Assembly (NCBI RefSeq): GCF_006345805.1
Contig: NC_043007.1
Coordinates: 69,502,001 to 69,566,000, forward strand
DNA length: 64,000 nucleotides
Origin: Octopus sinensis
Lineage: Eukaryota
Direction of reading: 5' to 3'
Shown here piece after piece: positions 40,953-53,284 of this stretch. Made by a program: the position numbers and the translations under genes. The notes below the pieces were generated by a model, which was not told the DNA's origin, searched no databases, and saw only the letters and a list, made by a program, of their open reading frames with translations. Within the stretch, counting starts at the first letter, position 1. Each line of letters starts with the position of its first letter.

Positions 40953-41386
40953 GAACTATAAATTATAAATTACAAAGTGGGACAAGAACGCAAAAACACA
41001 CAAAGAGACGACACAAAAAAACAGACGGGTTACTCGAAGCCTCTAATCTTCAGTCGGGAATCGGATCATCTTAGCAATTTCGGCTGTTTAATCTCGATAT
41101 CGCTCAGATCCGGCCAGCCCCAAAGAAAAACTAAGCCACGGGCATTAGATTTCTTGGAAAGAGGATCGAATGTATACGAAACAAGGACAGGATGCCACAC
41201 GAATATGAATACAAGAAACAAAAAATAGAAATAAAAAAACAAGAATAGTAAACAGGACAAAACAGCGGATGTCTTACGACTTCAGACAATTTTTAACTTA
41301 TCGTGGCTGGCGTATTTGAAAAATGCCTTTGCGGCAAACGAAAACAACAGTGTTAACATGGCAGCGGTCGAGCCGGAAAGACCAGT

Positions 41387-41430
<44 letters not shown>

Positions 41431-42044
41431 CGTTTGTAAAAATCATAAATATATATATATATAAAATGTAATATGTGACAATTATTCGGTAGCCATGATA
41501 AAACTCCGAGTTTCGGAAGTCGGGGTGGATGTCGGGGTAGCATTTTTCCGATGGCCCGATAACTGAAGAGATGGCGGCGTGAATTTCCAGCCCGACATCC
41601 GAAACTCGGAGTTTTATCATGGGTACCGAATAATTGTCACATTACATTTACAGAAAAATTCCTCTATCTACATAATATCGAGGTCTCTTTCATTCTTTTG
41701 TTGTCTTACCATTTCTATCAATATATATATATATATATATACACATACACACAAGCATGTGTGTGTGCGCGCGTGTATGTGTATGTACGTACGTATGTAT
41801 GTATGTATGTATGTATGTATGTATGTATGTATGTATATATGTATGTATGTATATATGTATGTAGTGTCAACACGCAATTTTTAAGATAGTATGTTGACAT
41901 AGACCTGGAATATGTCAATACACTATTTTTCCGTTACTACAGCATAAACTTTAATTTAGGAATTTGATTCCGAACTGCTTAAAATTCTTTTCTGTGCCAC
42001 TTTAGTGTGCTGTCTACCCAGCCTTTTACAGTTTATCGTGCAGT

Positions 42045-42207
42045 CTAACCCTAACTCTTAACCCTAGCCCTAAACCCTAACCCTAATCCTAAACCTAACC
42101 CTAGCACTAACTCTTAAACGTAACCCTAAATTCTAACCATAATCTTAAACCCTAATCCTAACCTTAATCCTAACCCTAATCCGGAATACTAGCCCTAATC
42201 CTAAACC
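42045..42207. repeat. Degenerate (CCCTAA)n telomere-like tract
   Basis: ctaaccctaactcttaaccctagccctaaaccctaacc... Confidence 0.8.
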
Positions 42208-42329
42208 ATCCCAGGGCATTTCACAGTGTATACTACAGCTATTGCAGTAGACCGTCCACTAAAATAGCACGTTCTCTTTAACCGCATCATCGTACCATAT
42301 TTTCAATATTTGACATCCATCTTAGTTTC

Positions 42330-42775
42330 TAGGCGTAGGAGTGGCTGTGTGGTAAGTAGCTCGCTTACAAACCACATGGTTCCAGATTCAGTCCCACTGC
42401 GTGGCACCTTGGTCTAGTGTCTTCTACTATAGCCTCGGGCCGATCAAAGCCTTGTGAGTGGATTTGGTAGGCGGAAACTGAAAGAAGCTCGTCGTATATA
42501 TATATATATATATGTATGTATATATATGTGTGTGTGTGTGTGGTGTGTGTGTGTGTGTGTGTCTGTGTGTGTGTATGTTTGTCCCTCCAACATCGCTTGA
42601 CAACCGATGCTGGTGTGTTTACGTCCGCGTAACTTAGCGGTTCGGCAAAAGAGAACGGTAGAATAAGTACTAGGCTTAGAAAGAATAAGTCCTGGGGTCG
42701 ATTCGCTCGACTAAAGACGGTGCTCCAGCATGGCCACAGTCAAATGACTGAAACAAGTAAAAGAGTAGAGTAAAG
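42330..42775 (+). mobile_element. CORE-type SINE, full length
   Basis: Same head, CORE and tail as the 38730 copy. Confidence 0.85.
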
Positions 42776-42939
42776 AAGACTTGTTGCTTCTTCAAATTCA
42801 ATGTCTTATGTTCCGAAACTCTCCATCTCTTGAAATTTTTAAAGCATCTACTGAACTCCTTTGTTACAAGTTTCCTTGCATTTCTGAAATCTCTTTTTTC
42901 AGTTTTTTGAAGCTGGGTTTGTTGCTCATGTGTTTCACA

Positions 42940-43278
42940 CAGCTAAAGTTGTTACTGAATTGCACGAGGAACATTCTAGTGAAGTTGAACATCTTATCTA
43001 GCCACCACAGTCCCTAGATCTCAATATCATTGAACATTTATGGTGCATTTTAGAAAAACAAGTAAGGGGTCGATATCTTCCACCAACATCACTACAAGAA
43101 CTGGAGACTATTTTGGCTGGAAAATAGACAAAAATTCCTTTGGAGACAATTCAAACTTTGTACGAGTCCATACCTCGTAGAACCCAAGCTCTAATTACTG
43201 CCAAAGACGGTCCTACCCCACATTAAAATAAATTTGTTTGAAATTTTAAGGTGTTTCCACTATTTTGTCCAATCCCTG
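42940..43278 (+). mobile_element. Tc1 3' fragment with right TIR
   Basis: HTAKVV...PPQSLDLNIIEHLW...IPRRTQALITAKDGPTPH*, ending ...tgtccaatccctg followed by TA. Confidence 0.8.
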
Positions 43279-45189
43279 TATGTATATATATGTGTGTGTG
43301 TGTGTGTGTACACATACATATATAATATATATATACACTTATACTCACACATACACACACACACATACACATAAACGTACGCGCACGCACGCACGCACAC
43401 ACAAACACACACACACACATGTATAGTATATACGCATATATATATGTTGGTGTACGTGCGTATGTGTCGTATATCTAAGTGTGCATGTGAGTATATGTCT
43501 CCGTTTGTATGTCTATATGATGTGTTTTATGTGTGTCTTTGCATGTGTTTGCATGTCAGGAAACGAGTTTATATATAAAATAGTAAGTAGATAGATTGAT
43601 AAATGGCGACAGAACGATCTGGTATAGTGGCAGAGAGAGTGTGAGACAGGGAGAAAAAGAGGGGAGAAAAGAATGAATGTAAAAGAGTGAGTCAAAACTG
43701 GTTGCCAGATGGATAAAAAAAAATGTCTCTTTTTCTATGAATAGGGTGTGGCCTACATCCTAGTACCTATTTTCCCTACCCTCATCATGTTTTAATTGCT
43801 GTTTGAGTCTCAAAGAGTTATCTAGAGAAACGGTTGCTAAGTCAACTCAGTACATTTTTGTATGACGCAAAAGCATTAATTACATAGCACACATATACAT
43901 GCAAACGCATACGCACAATTGTGTACACATATATATATAGACACACAAACGCAAACATACGCATGCGCACGTACAGTGTTCTTCGGATGACGTTTGATTG
44001 GACGGTCGGATGCTGTATACGGATTATAACTACAGAGCAACTAAATAAATAAGTATATAAATAAAATGCTGCAAATGAGGGTAGTCACATAAGGCGTGAA
44101 ATATCTCCCAACAAACCGCACCTACCCTCAGATATCATCACAGTTTTTTTTTTCTGATTTCAATTGCACCGTGTGACACGATTTTTCTCCAGGGGTAGCA
44201 ATTGTTATTACCTATTTGCTTACCCCTAGAAAATATGAAAAATGGATATTTCCTTCAAACTTTGCTTTTATTGCGATATTTATTCAAACCCCAAAGAATC
44301 CCTCTCAACATATGGCTACGGTGTCCCCCTAACTGCTCCTGCACATCATCAGAGATGCACATATTGCCAACCACTAAGGAACATATTCAAGTTGTTATGG
44401 TCAAGTAACTGACAAGCAAATCTGTGATATTGAGCAGAATATTTGCTATAACGCCATTTCTACTCCAGCAACTCAGCATTGAATCTCTAAAATGTAATGG
44501 ATAAGTCAGTTTCAAAACATTGATGCCCATGTCACAAAACCAAAAATTCCCTATTAAGGTGATAGTAGTTATTTCCTTTGATTTCTAAATAGAATCGAAT
44601 AGGAAATAACGCTTATTCACCAAATACAAAAAAAATTAATTCTATTACACAGCGTTATCAGTCAAGACTGAATAATGAACCATTTTATTCACACAGACGT
44701 TAATTGTTCTCACCCATCTATCGTAAAATGTAATGATAGCTAGAACATCTTTCTCTACCCTTATCTATCACTTCGTTTGATACTCGAGAAAACTGACGAG
44801 AAAATGAGGTAAAGATTAAATTATTATACAACAATTAAAGCAGTTTTTTTGTACTGTAACGGTAAAATAAAGTTCATTGCAAATATTATTTTCGTCTGTC
44901 ATTTATTCTATGGGATACGAAAACAACCAACTCATCCATTACATTCTTGGTGATATTCTTGATATATTTACGAAGCATCCTTCCAAATACTGTATTTGAC
45001 GACACCCACGTTCGAAAGATCAGATATGTAGTCTTTTCAAACATCAATATACAAACCGTCGTATTTCTCCACAAACCGTCACACACAAATGACCGAAGAC
45101 TAGTGATACGCTTGAAACTCAGAGTACCAAGGTGTTTGAATCAAACTGCTTTGATCCATATATATATATATATTTACCAAAATTACATA

Positions 45190-46385
45190 AAACATCTTGA
45201 AATACTAAAAGAGTAAATTTATTCAATAAAATCGTCATTTACTTCAACCACACCCTCCAGACGACTTCAGAATCTCCTGCAATCTCCTGGATGGTCTCCT
45301 TGTGTAAGTTGGTGAATGCTGCCATAATCCTTGCCTTCAAATGAGTTTAGTTGGTCTCTCGCTCTACTGCGCCCCACACATAATATTCAAAGGAATTGCA
45401 GTCTGGGGAGTTAGGTGGCCAGATGTTAGGGGTGATGTGGTCGTAGAAATTGTCTGACAGCCATGGCTGGGTTCTTCTGCTTGTGTAGCATGGTACAGAG
45501 TCCTGTTGCCAGATATAGGGTCTTCCAGCAGCCACCCTCTTGACCCAGGGTAGCACTACCTCCTCTAGGCACTTGATTAAAGCCTCTGTGTTGAGTCTGA
45601 GGCTGTGGGGGGAAATGAATAGGAGCATAACGTCGCCATCACTAGTGATCACTCCAAACACCATAATGTTGACTGCATGTTTGATTTTCATCACTCTCGG
45701 TACGTTTTGGGGACACGGCAAACCGACGGTTGTTCTGTGTGTTCAACATCTGATCCTGGCAGAATTTTTTTCTCGTCTGAGAAAAAGCCAAAACATGCTT
45801 GGTTAGAGGGGATGCTTGACTTTGTTCAAAAGCTTCGTCGCTCGGCCTTTCCTCTTGTTCTTGATGACCTGGAAAACAATTTGACCCTTCCTCATCTTGG
45901 ATGAGGAATACCAAATGTCTTCATGCACTACTTGCCTGACGAAAAACTAAGACACTCCTATGTCCCCCATTGATTTGGAGGGATCGTTGACAATCATGAC
46001 CTGGAATTCGCCAACAAATTCATTTTTTTTTTCTATCAGAACAATCAGAGTGAGTTTTCCGAGCTGCCGTACCTTAGTAGTCACTATTAAACTCATCCAG
46101 CTCTTTCTGAATCCTCTGTAGTTCTCAGATTGATACCCAAATACTCTGAAATATATATATATAAGATACGAGGTATTTTTGTCAGGCTGGCTCAAACTAA
46201 TAGGTATGCAATAGGAGTGTTCAATTTGGTATGCCACGCGATCTTGTGACTGCCTTTCTATAGCGGCTAGAAGTGGCTTCCCCTTGAGTCGGTAGGTATA
46301 GATTACAGCAGAAATGAAGAAGGCAAACAGTTTGGCAAGACTTGACAAGGACATTTAATTTAGCGATATAATAAAAAGTATACAT
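45190..46385 (-). mobile_element. maT (DD37D-type) transposon, decayed
   Basis: MVFGVITSDG; WQQDSVPCYTS...WPPNSPDCNSFEYYVWG with 37-residue spacing and third acid E; upstream SDEK-like QDQMLNTQNNR. Confidence 0.8.
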
Positions 46386-46548
46386 AGTCTCTAACAGGTT
46401 TTTCTAGCATATCCCAGCTATTGGAACATTGTGTAAAGCGAGGATTCCATAGGCCGAGTATTCCGTCATTGGAGAATAAAGGCTTAAACACATGTAACAG
46501 TTTTACAACACCAATATATATATATATATACATATACTCATAAATTTA

Positions 46549-46601
<53 letters not shown>

Positions 46602-46604
46602 ATA

Positions 46605-46766
46605 TTAGTAAATATGTGAAGTATTATTACTGTTAAAATCAGTAATGATGAGGTGGCTAGCAAGACTTCTACCTAAATAGATATAATATGATTAGTGGTT
46701 TTTTTAAGCTTTCGCTTTGACTTTTAGCGAGCGGTATCTTTACCCTTCTTTTCTTCTCATGTATAT

Positions 46767-46818
<52 letters not shown>

Positions 46819-46979
46819 TAAATATGTGAAGTATTATTACTGTTAAAATCAGTAATGATGAGGTGGCTAGCAAGACTTCTACCTAAATAGATATAATATG
46901 ATTAGTGGTTTTTTTAAGCTTTCGCTTTGACTTTTAGCGAGCGGTATCTTTACCCTTCTTTTCTTCTCATGTATATATA

Positions 46980-46980
<1 letters not shown>
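46605..46980. repeat. Tandem duplication, 210-bp period, (TA)n-bounded
   Basis: ttagtaaatatgtgaag at 46605 and 46815. Confidence 0.9.
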
Positions 46981-47011
<31 letters not shown>

Positions 47012-47317
47012 CGTAAAATATATTTGCCAACTAAATGTGGCGTCTTCACACTGAAGATGGGTAACTACCCAGAAACCCGGGATTGTGTGTATGACTTAAG
47101 GCTAGAGATGGGAGCAATGACCTCCCCTCGCAAGTACCAATCGGGCACAGTATGTCGTTAGCCAGCTGGGGGAGATGTTTTTCTGGGGCTAAAAACAACT
47201 CTAACATGGTCCTCTGTGGGACCACCACATTTAGTTGGCAAATATATCTTACGATTCCGTACCTTTACTGTTAACCTCTCACTCAAAGATTTAATATAGC
47301 CTATATATATGTGTGTA

Positions 47318-47353
<36 letters not shown>

Positions 47354-47574
47354 TGTATACTCAGGAGACCATGGCCAGGAAACCATGATGCTCCCCTAGA
47401 GTATTTTTTGTCTTAAGCCGTCTTGACTGTTGCTCCCAACTATGGTCAGTGTGAAATTAATAGCGGGATTCGAAGCAGTTCAGCGAAGCTACATGAAGAA
47501 GCTAACCTTAATATAGCCAATTAGCTACAGATAATGATTCAAGAGATTAAGACTTTACCCCTTGGAATGAAGGC

Positions 47575-47935
47575 GGGAAAGGTATGCTGCAATACACGTA
47601 TGGAAAATACTGGAAGGACTTGTCCCAAACTTTGGCGTTGAAAGTTATACAAACGCCTGAACCGAGCACCGTTGCAAAGTGCCTAAAAGCCATCCCCAGC
47701 TGTCAAAATACCGGACCAGATACTGCAATAGCTTGGGATTCAAGGACCCACAGCCCTTCAGTATCCTCTCGAAGGAGCGGGAAAAGAATTACATGATGTG
47801 GGTATCGATGTCTTCAAAACTAAACTGGATCTCTCACTGTCAAAAATCCCAGATGAGCCAACTTCACAGAAAGAAGCAGAAATGAAGGCTGCAGCATCAA
47901 AATCCCTCATTTACCAAATGGTCAACAATTAAAGA
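47575..47935 (+). mobile_element. CR1/L2-group LINE 3' remnant
   Basis: YAAIHVWKILEGLVPNFG...[14 protein letters not shown]...FKTKLD...IPDEP. Confidence 0.75.
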
Positions 47936-48020
47936 AGGGTTAATGAAGATGCAGCAACACCAACTGACGGTTCCCTAGCATAACCACAGCCCTTCAGCTG
48001 AAATTAATAGAATAACTATA

Positions 48021-48116
<96 letters not shown>

Positions 48117-48479
48117 AATGTAAACCAATACAAAAATATAAAAATAAAATGACATTCCGTTGAAAAATGCCAAAGTTTAGCTAAACCATCCCCTAAAAAG
48201 GGTTTTGTTGGAAAATGACGGAATCCTTTTTACGCAGTTAATAAAATTTGTGAATACCCACACCCCGATTAAGCTCAAATTGTTATCAATGTCATGTATA
48301 TAGGTTTATTATAGGCGTGGAATGAATTCCTGAATTTTTTTCTTTATTTGAGTTGTTTTTTATTTCCATAAAACAAACAGGGTGTATATACTACTCTGTG
48401 TTTTAGTAATGTGGGGTGTAACTGATACTTTAAGGATTTCGAAGTGCAATCATGAGAGAATTCAAATATATTAGATAAA

Positions 48480-48510
<31 letters not shown>

Positions 48511-48687
48511 GCATATATATCAGTGGCGGCTCCGGCACTCAGACTCTTCGGGCATAGCCCGAGTATAAATTTAGTAAAGCGAACGTGTATTTTCAAGCTG
48601 ATTTAATTTCTACCAACACTGACTTCAAGTATACAATTGCGACCAATTACCAATTACATACTTGTGTATGTTGTGGTGTGTGTGTGT

Positions 48688-48723
<36 letters not shown>

Positions 48724-48959
48724 CATGGTGCTTGATATAAAAAAATAACCCATTTGGGGCTAGAAATATTGCGGAAAAACGTGAAATTCTTCGAGCAGAC
48801 CATGTGTCTTTTGCGAAATCTGTCATGAGCTCGAGTGACGCTGAAGACCTGGAGTCGCCTCTCATATATATATAGAGAGAGAGGGAGAGAGACAGACAGA
48901 CAGACAGATAGACTGATGTATGTATATATATATATATATCTATATATATATATATATAT

Positions 48960-49110
48960 TCTATCTTTGTTTCTTTCTGTGTTCGTTTCTGTAGAAGAGC
49001 GTAGGCTCGAAACGTTAAAGACTTTTTCACTTCCCGAGCATTAAACTAATACATCTGTTTGTTGTCCACACCACCTGTTTTCGTCTTTTGGTTTTTTGTG
49101 AATTCTCCCT
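48960..49110 (+). mobile_element. pLTR-like monomer with variant HHR (same family as 50375-50960)
   Basis: gaagagcgtaggctcgaaacg...ctaatacatctgtttg...caccacctg. Confidence 0.6.
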
Positions 49111-49147
49111 ATATATATGTATTTATATATTTATATATATATATACA

Positions 49148-49190
<43 letters not shown>

Positions 49191-50374
49191 TATTGGTGAA
49201 TTGAAGAAATGGAGCTGAACGAAGATTGCACAGAAATCATTTTATAAAACAATTTCTGTGCAATCTTCGTTCAGCTCCATTTCTTCAATCACCAATATTT
49301 TAATTTCAATTATCCGCACCAACGCACGGTTGCAACACCATATGGTTGTACCTCCAACCGTGCTGTCTTCTGCTGTGATTTTTGCTACCAAGGTATCGGT
49401 TAAACTTTTGATTAATCTGCTACAAGATTATTCATCTTTCTACTTCATATATATATATATATATATATACTCTTTTATGTACACTTTTTTATGTACATTC
49501 TTTTGTGTACACTGATTTGTTCTGCTTTTTTATGTTTAACCCTACAGTCTCTTATGTGGTAGTTTAATAAAGTATGTGATTGAGTATTATCTGATAATTG
49601 ATATTTGATTTAGATGTATTTCTCCATTTTCTTATCTTGTATTAGTAATTTGTGGTAAATCATTTTACCTCTGCCCATATGATACAGTAAATGAACTGAT
49701 TGCATCGCAATCCTTAACATTTATGTATTAACTTTGTTGGGTACTTCACTAGCAGTATAATTGGATATATGTTATCCCATGGAGGGTTGCATTTACAACC
49801 CCTATCCTCAATTTGTATATATATATATATATTATATATATCTATATATATATATAAGATATATATATATGCATATATATATATATGCATAATATAATAT
49901 ATATATTATATATACTATATCATATATATATATATATTATATTATATCTATATATATATATAATAAAATTAAGAAATATTGCATTTCTAAATCTCTCAGA
50001 GAGACTTATACAGTAGCAGTACGATAAAGTGATGGTTTGTTGCCAACTTAATGTGGCAGTCCCAGGAAAGGGAAGAATGCTACTGCTATTTAGCCCCAGG
50101 AAACACCGTTTCTAGTTGGCTATGTGACACAAGCGTACTGTGTCCTTATGTTTTCAAACAGGGGAGATAAGCACTTCCACCCAACAGAGCCAGCATCCAA
50201 ACCATTCATTTCTGAATACGGTTCGTAGCTTCGCTCTTACGGAAACTTGCATTGCATAGTTTAAAGTCCGTATCAGTTTAAAACAACACTTTCTCCTTAG
50301 CGCAATGGCCACTTGCATTTTAGTTATCGATTTAAAAACTACCGTTGCGTTACACACTACACACATGTATAATA

Positions 50375-50482
50375 AACGAAGAGCGTAGGCTCGAAACGTA
50401 AAATTCTATTCCCGAGCGTTATACTAATACATCTGTTTTTGTACACCACCTGTCTTCGTCTTTTGTTTTTTTCGTAAACTCT

Positions 50483-50550
<68 letters not shown>

Positions 50551-50960
50551 TATATATATATTCAACGCCATGTTGAATCGTTAGCTCCTGCACGCATTTT
50601 TTTCTCTCCTTGTTTCTTTTCTGTGTATCTTTCTGTCGAAGAGCGTAGGCTCGAAACGTAAAAGACTGTTTTATTTCTATTCCTGAGCGCCATACTAATA
50701 CAATTGTTTGTTTGTACTCCACCTGCCTTCGTCTTTTGTTTATTTTCGTAAACCTGCCTTCGTCTTTTGTTTATTTTCGTAAACCTTCCCGTTATATATA
50801 TATATATATTTCTCTCCTTGTTTTTTCTGTGCCTTTCTATAGAAGAGCGTAGGCTCGAAACGTAAAAGACCTTTTCTATTCCTGAGCGTTATACTAATAC
50901 ATCTGTTTGTTTTGTACACCACCTCTCTTCATCTTTTGTTTTTTCGTAAACTCTGCCTAT
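50375..50960 (+). repeat. Three tandem pLTR or retrozyme-like monomers with HHR-like motif
   Basis: gagcgtaggctcgaaacgtaaaa at 50381, 50641 and 50845. Each is followed by the same roughly 90-bp tail and then (TA)n. Confidence 0.75.
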
Positions 50961-51064
50961 AGATATATATATATTCTTTAATTTTTCTTTAAATTTATTT
51001 TAAATGTTTCAATTTCAAAACTCCGGTCATGCTGGGGCACCACTGTTGGCTGTGCTACACCATT

Positions 51065-51250
51065 ATGTGTGACATTTGGTCAATGAGGGAGTTTCATGCC
51101 ACTGCCTTCACAGGAAGCGATCCAGTTTTGTTTTAAAGACACATCCATACCATGCAGGCCTCCCAGGCATTTTGGAAGGATATTGAAGAGCTTGAAACCC
51201 AAGCTGTTGCAGTATCTGGTCCTGTATTTTGATGGCATTGCTGGGATCTT
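51065..51250 (-). mobile_element. CR1/L2-group LINE 3' remnant
   Basis: [23 protein letters not shown], same family as 47575. Confidence 0.7.
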
Positions 51251-51312
51251 TGAATGAGTGTGTATGGATGGATGGATGGATGGATGGATGGATGGATGGA
51301 TGGATGGATGGA

Positions 51313-51343
<31 letters not shown>

Positions 51344-51415
51344 ATGTATGTATGTATGTGTGGACTCGAACACACACACATACACACACACACACATATA
51401 TATATATAGAGAGAG

Positions 51416-51513
<98 letters not shown>

Positions 51514-52062
51514 AAAGCACCACCCTTCCTTAAATGATAATTGAATACATACATATGTGTGTGTGTCTGTGTATGCATGCATACATATATGTGTGTGTGG
51601 GTGTATTATATATATAAACACACACACACACTTATACACATACATACATATATACTTACATACATATATGCATACAAACATACATATATGTACATACATA
51701 CATACATACATACATACATACATACATACATACATACATACATACCAATAAATGTACTATTACTGCATAATTCAAAGCATTACATATCTTTAAGAGGTCA
51801 TACATTGCTCCCTTCAAGATTTCAAGAACAAGTCACCCCATCCTAAAACGTTCATTAATTTCAGTGATGATGAAATACAGGGAAAGTCAACAGAGACGCC
51901 ATTCTAGACAACTTGTTTGGGTATATAATTGATATGTGTGTGGGTGTGTGGGTGTGAGAGAGAGAGTGCGTGTTTCTGTGTGTTTTTGAGTGTAAGTGTA
52001 GATAGACAGATTGATAGATAGATACATCATGACAGAGAACTAAATAGATATAAATGTATTTT

Positions 52063-52151
<89 letters not shown>

Positions 52152-52406
52152 TTTCTGTACATACAGGCTGCGTGGTAGAAGCTTGCTTCCCGACCGGATA
52201 GTTCCGTGTTCAGTCCCACTGCGTGGCACCTTGAGCAAGTGCCTTCTACTACAGTCTCGGGTCGACCAAAGCCTTACAAATGGAGTTGGCAGACGCAAAC
52301 TGAAAGTAGCCCAAGAGTGTGTGTATATTATATATATTATATAATGTATGTATGTATGTATGTATGAATATATATACACCCATATATAATATATAACACA
52401 CACACA

Positions 52407-52444
<38 letters not shown>

Positions 52445-52480
52445 ATGTATATTATATGTGGTTATAATATATATATAATA

Positions 52481-52526
<46 letters not shown>

Positions 52527-52763
52527 GTATGTATGTATGTATATGTTTGGGTGTGTTTGTATATCAGCTTTTGTCCTGCCAACCGTCGCTTGATAACCAA
52601 TGCTGGTGTGTTTAGGTCCCCGTAAAATGGCGGTTTGGCCAAAGAGAGCGATAAAATAAGTACTAATCTTACAAAGACTAAAATCCTTTAAAGCAGTGCT
52701 CCGGTATGGATGCAGTCAAATGACTGAAACAAGTTCAAGAATAAGAGAATAAAAGAATATATA

Positions 52764-52813
<50 letters not shown>

Positions 52814-52884
52814 TGTAAAAACATACATTTATATATGTGTACAAATATACATTTATATATACATATATATATATATTATATTAT

Positions 52885-52931
<47 letters not shown>

Positions 52932-52935
52932 AGAC

Positions 52936-52995
<60 letters not shown>

Positions 52996-53010
52996 TAGAT
53001 AGATAGATAA

Positions 53011-53045
<35 letters not shown>

Positions 53046-53059
53046 CATACATACATACA

Positions 53060-53091
<32 letters not shown>

Positions 53092-53094
53092 AAG

Positions 53095-53135
<41 letters not shown>

Positions 53136-53284
53136 TATACATATATATGCGCATATACACATACATACATACATACATACATACATACATACATACATAC
53201 ATACATACATACATGCATACATGCATACATACATACATACATACATACATACATACATACATACATACATACATACATACATAC

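Noticed and set aside
41030-41075. Minus-strand CTGAAGA near a pLTR-like repeat; also CTGAAGA at about 48841
   Set aside because: No GAAA or NUH in register.
40493-41451. 27-bp inverted match (40493-40519 and 41425-41451) as TIRs of one large element
   Set aside because: Better explained as two oppositely oriented fragments of one dispersed repeat with a Helitron and other inserts between them.
45091-45130. ccgaaga...gaaactcagagta, with stem III identical to the 27.7 kb HHR
   Set aside because: Core mutated and no convincing stem I or II.
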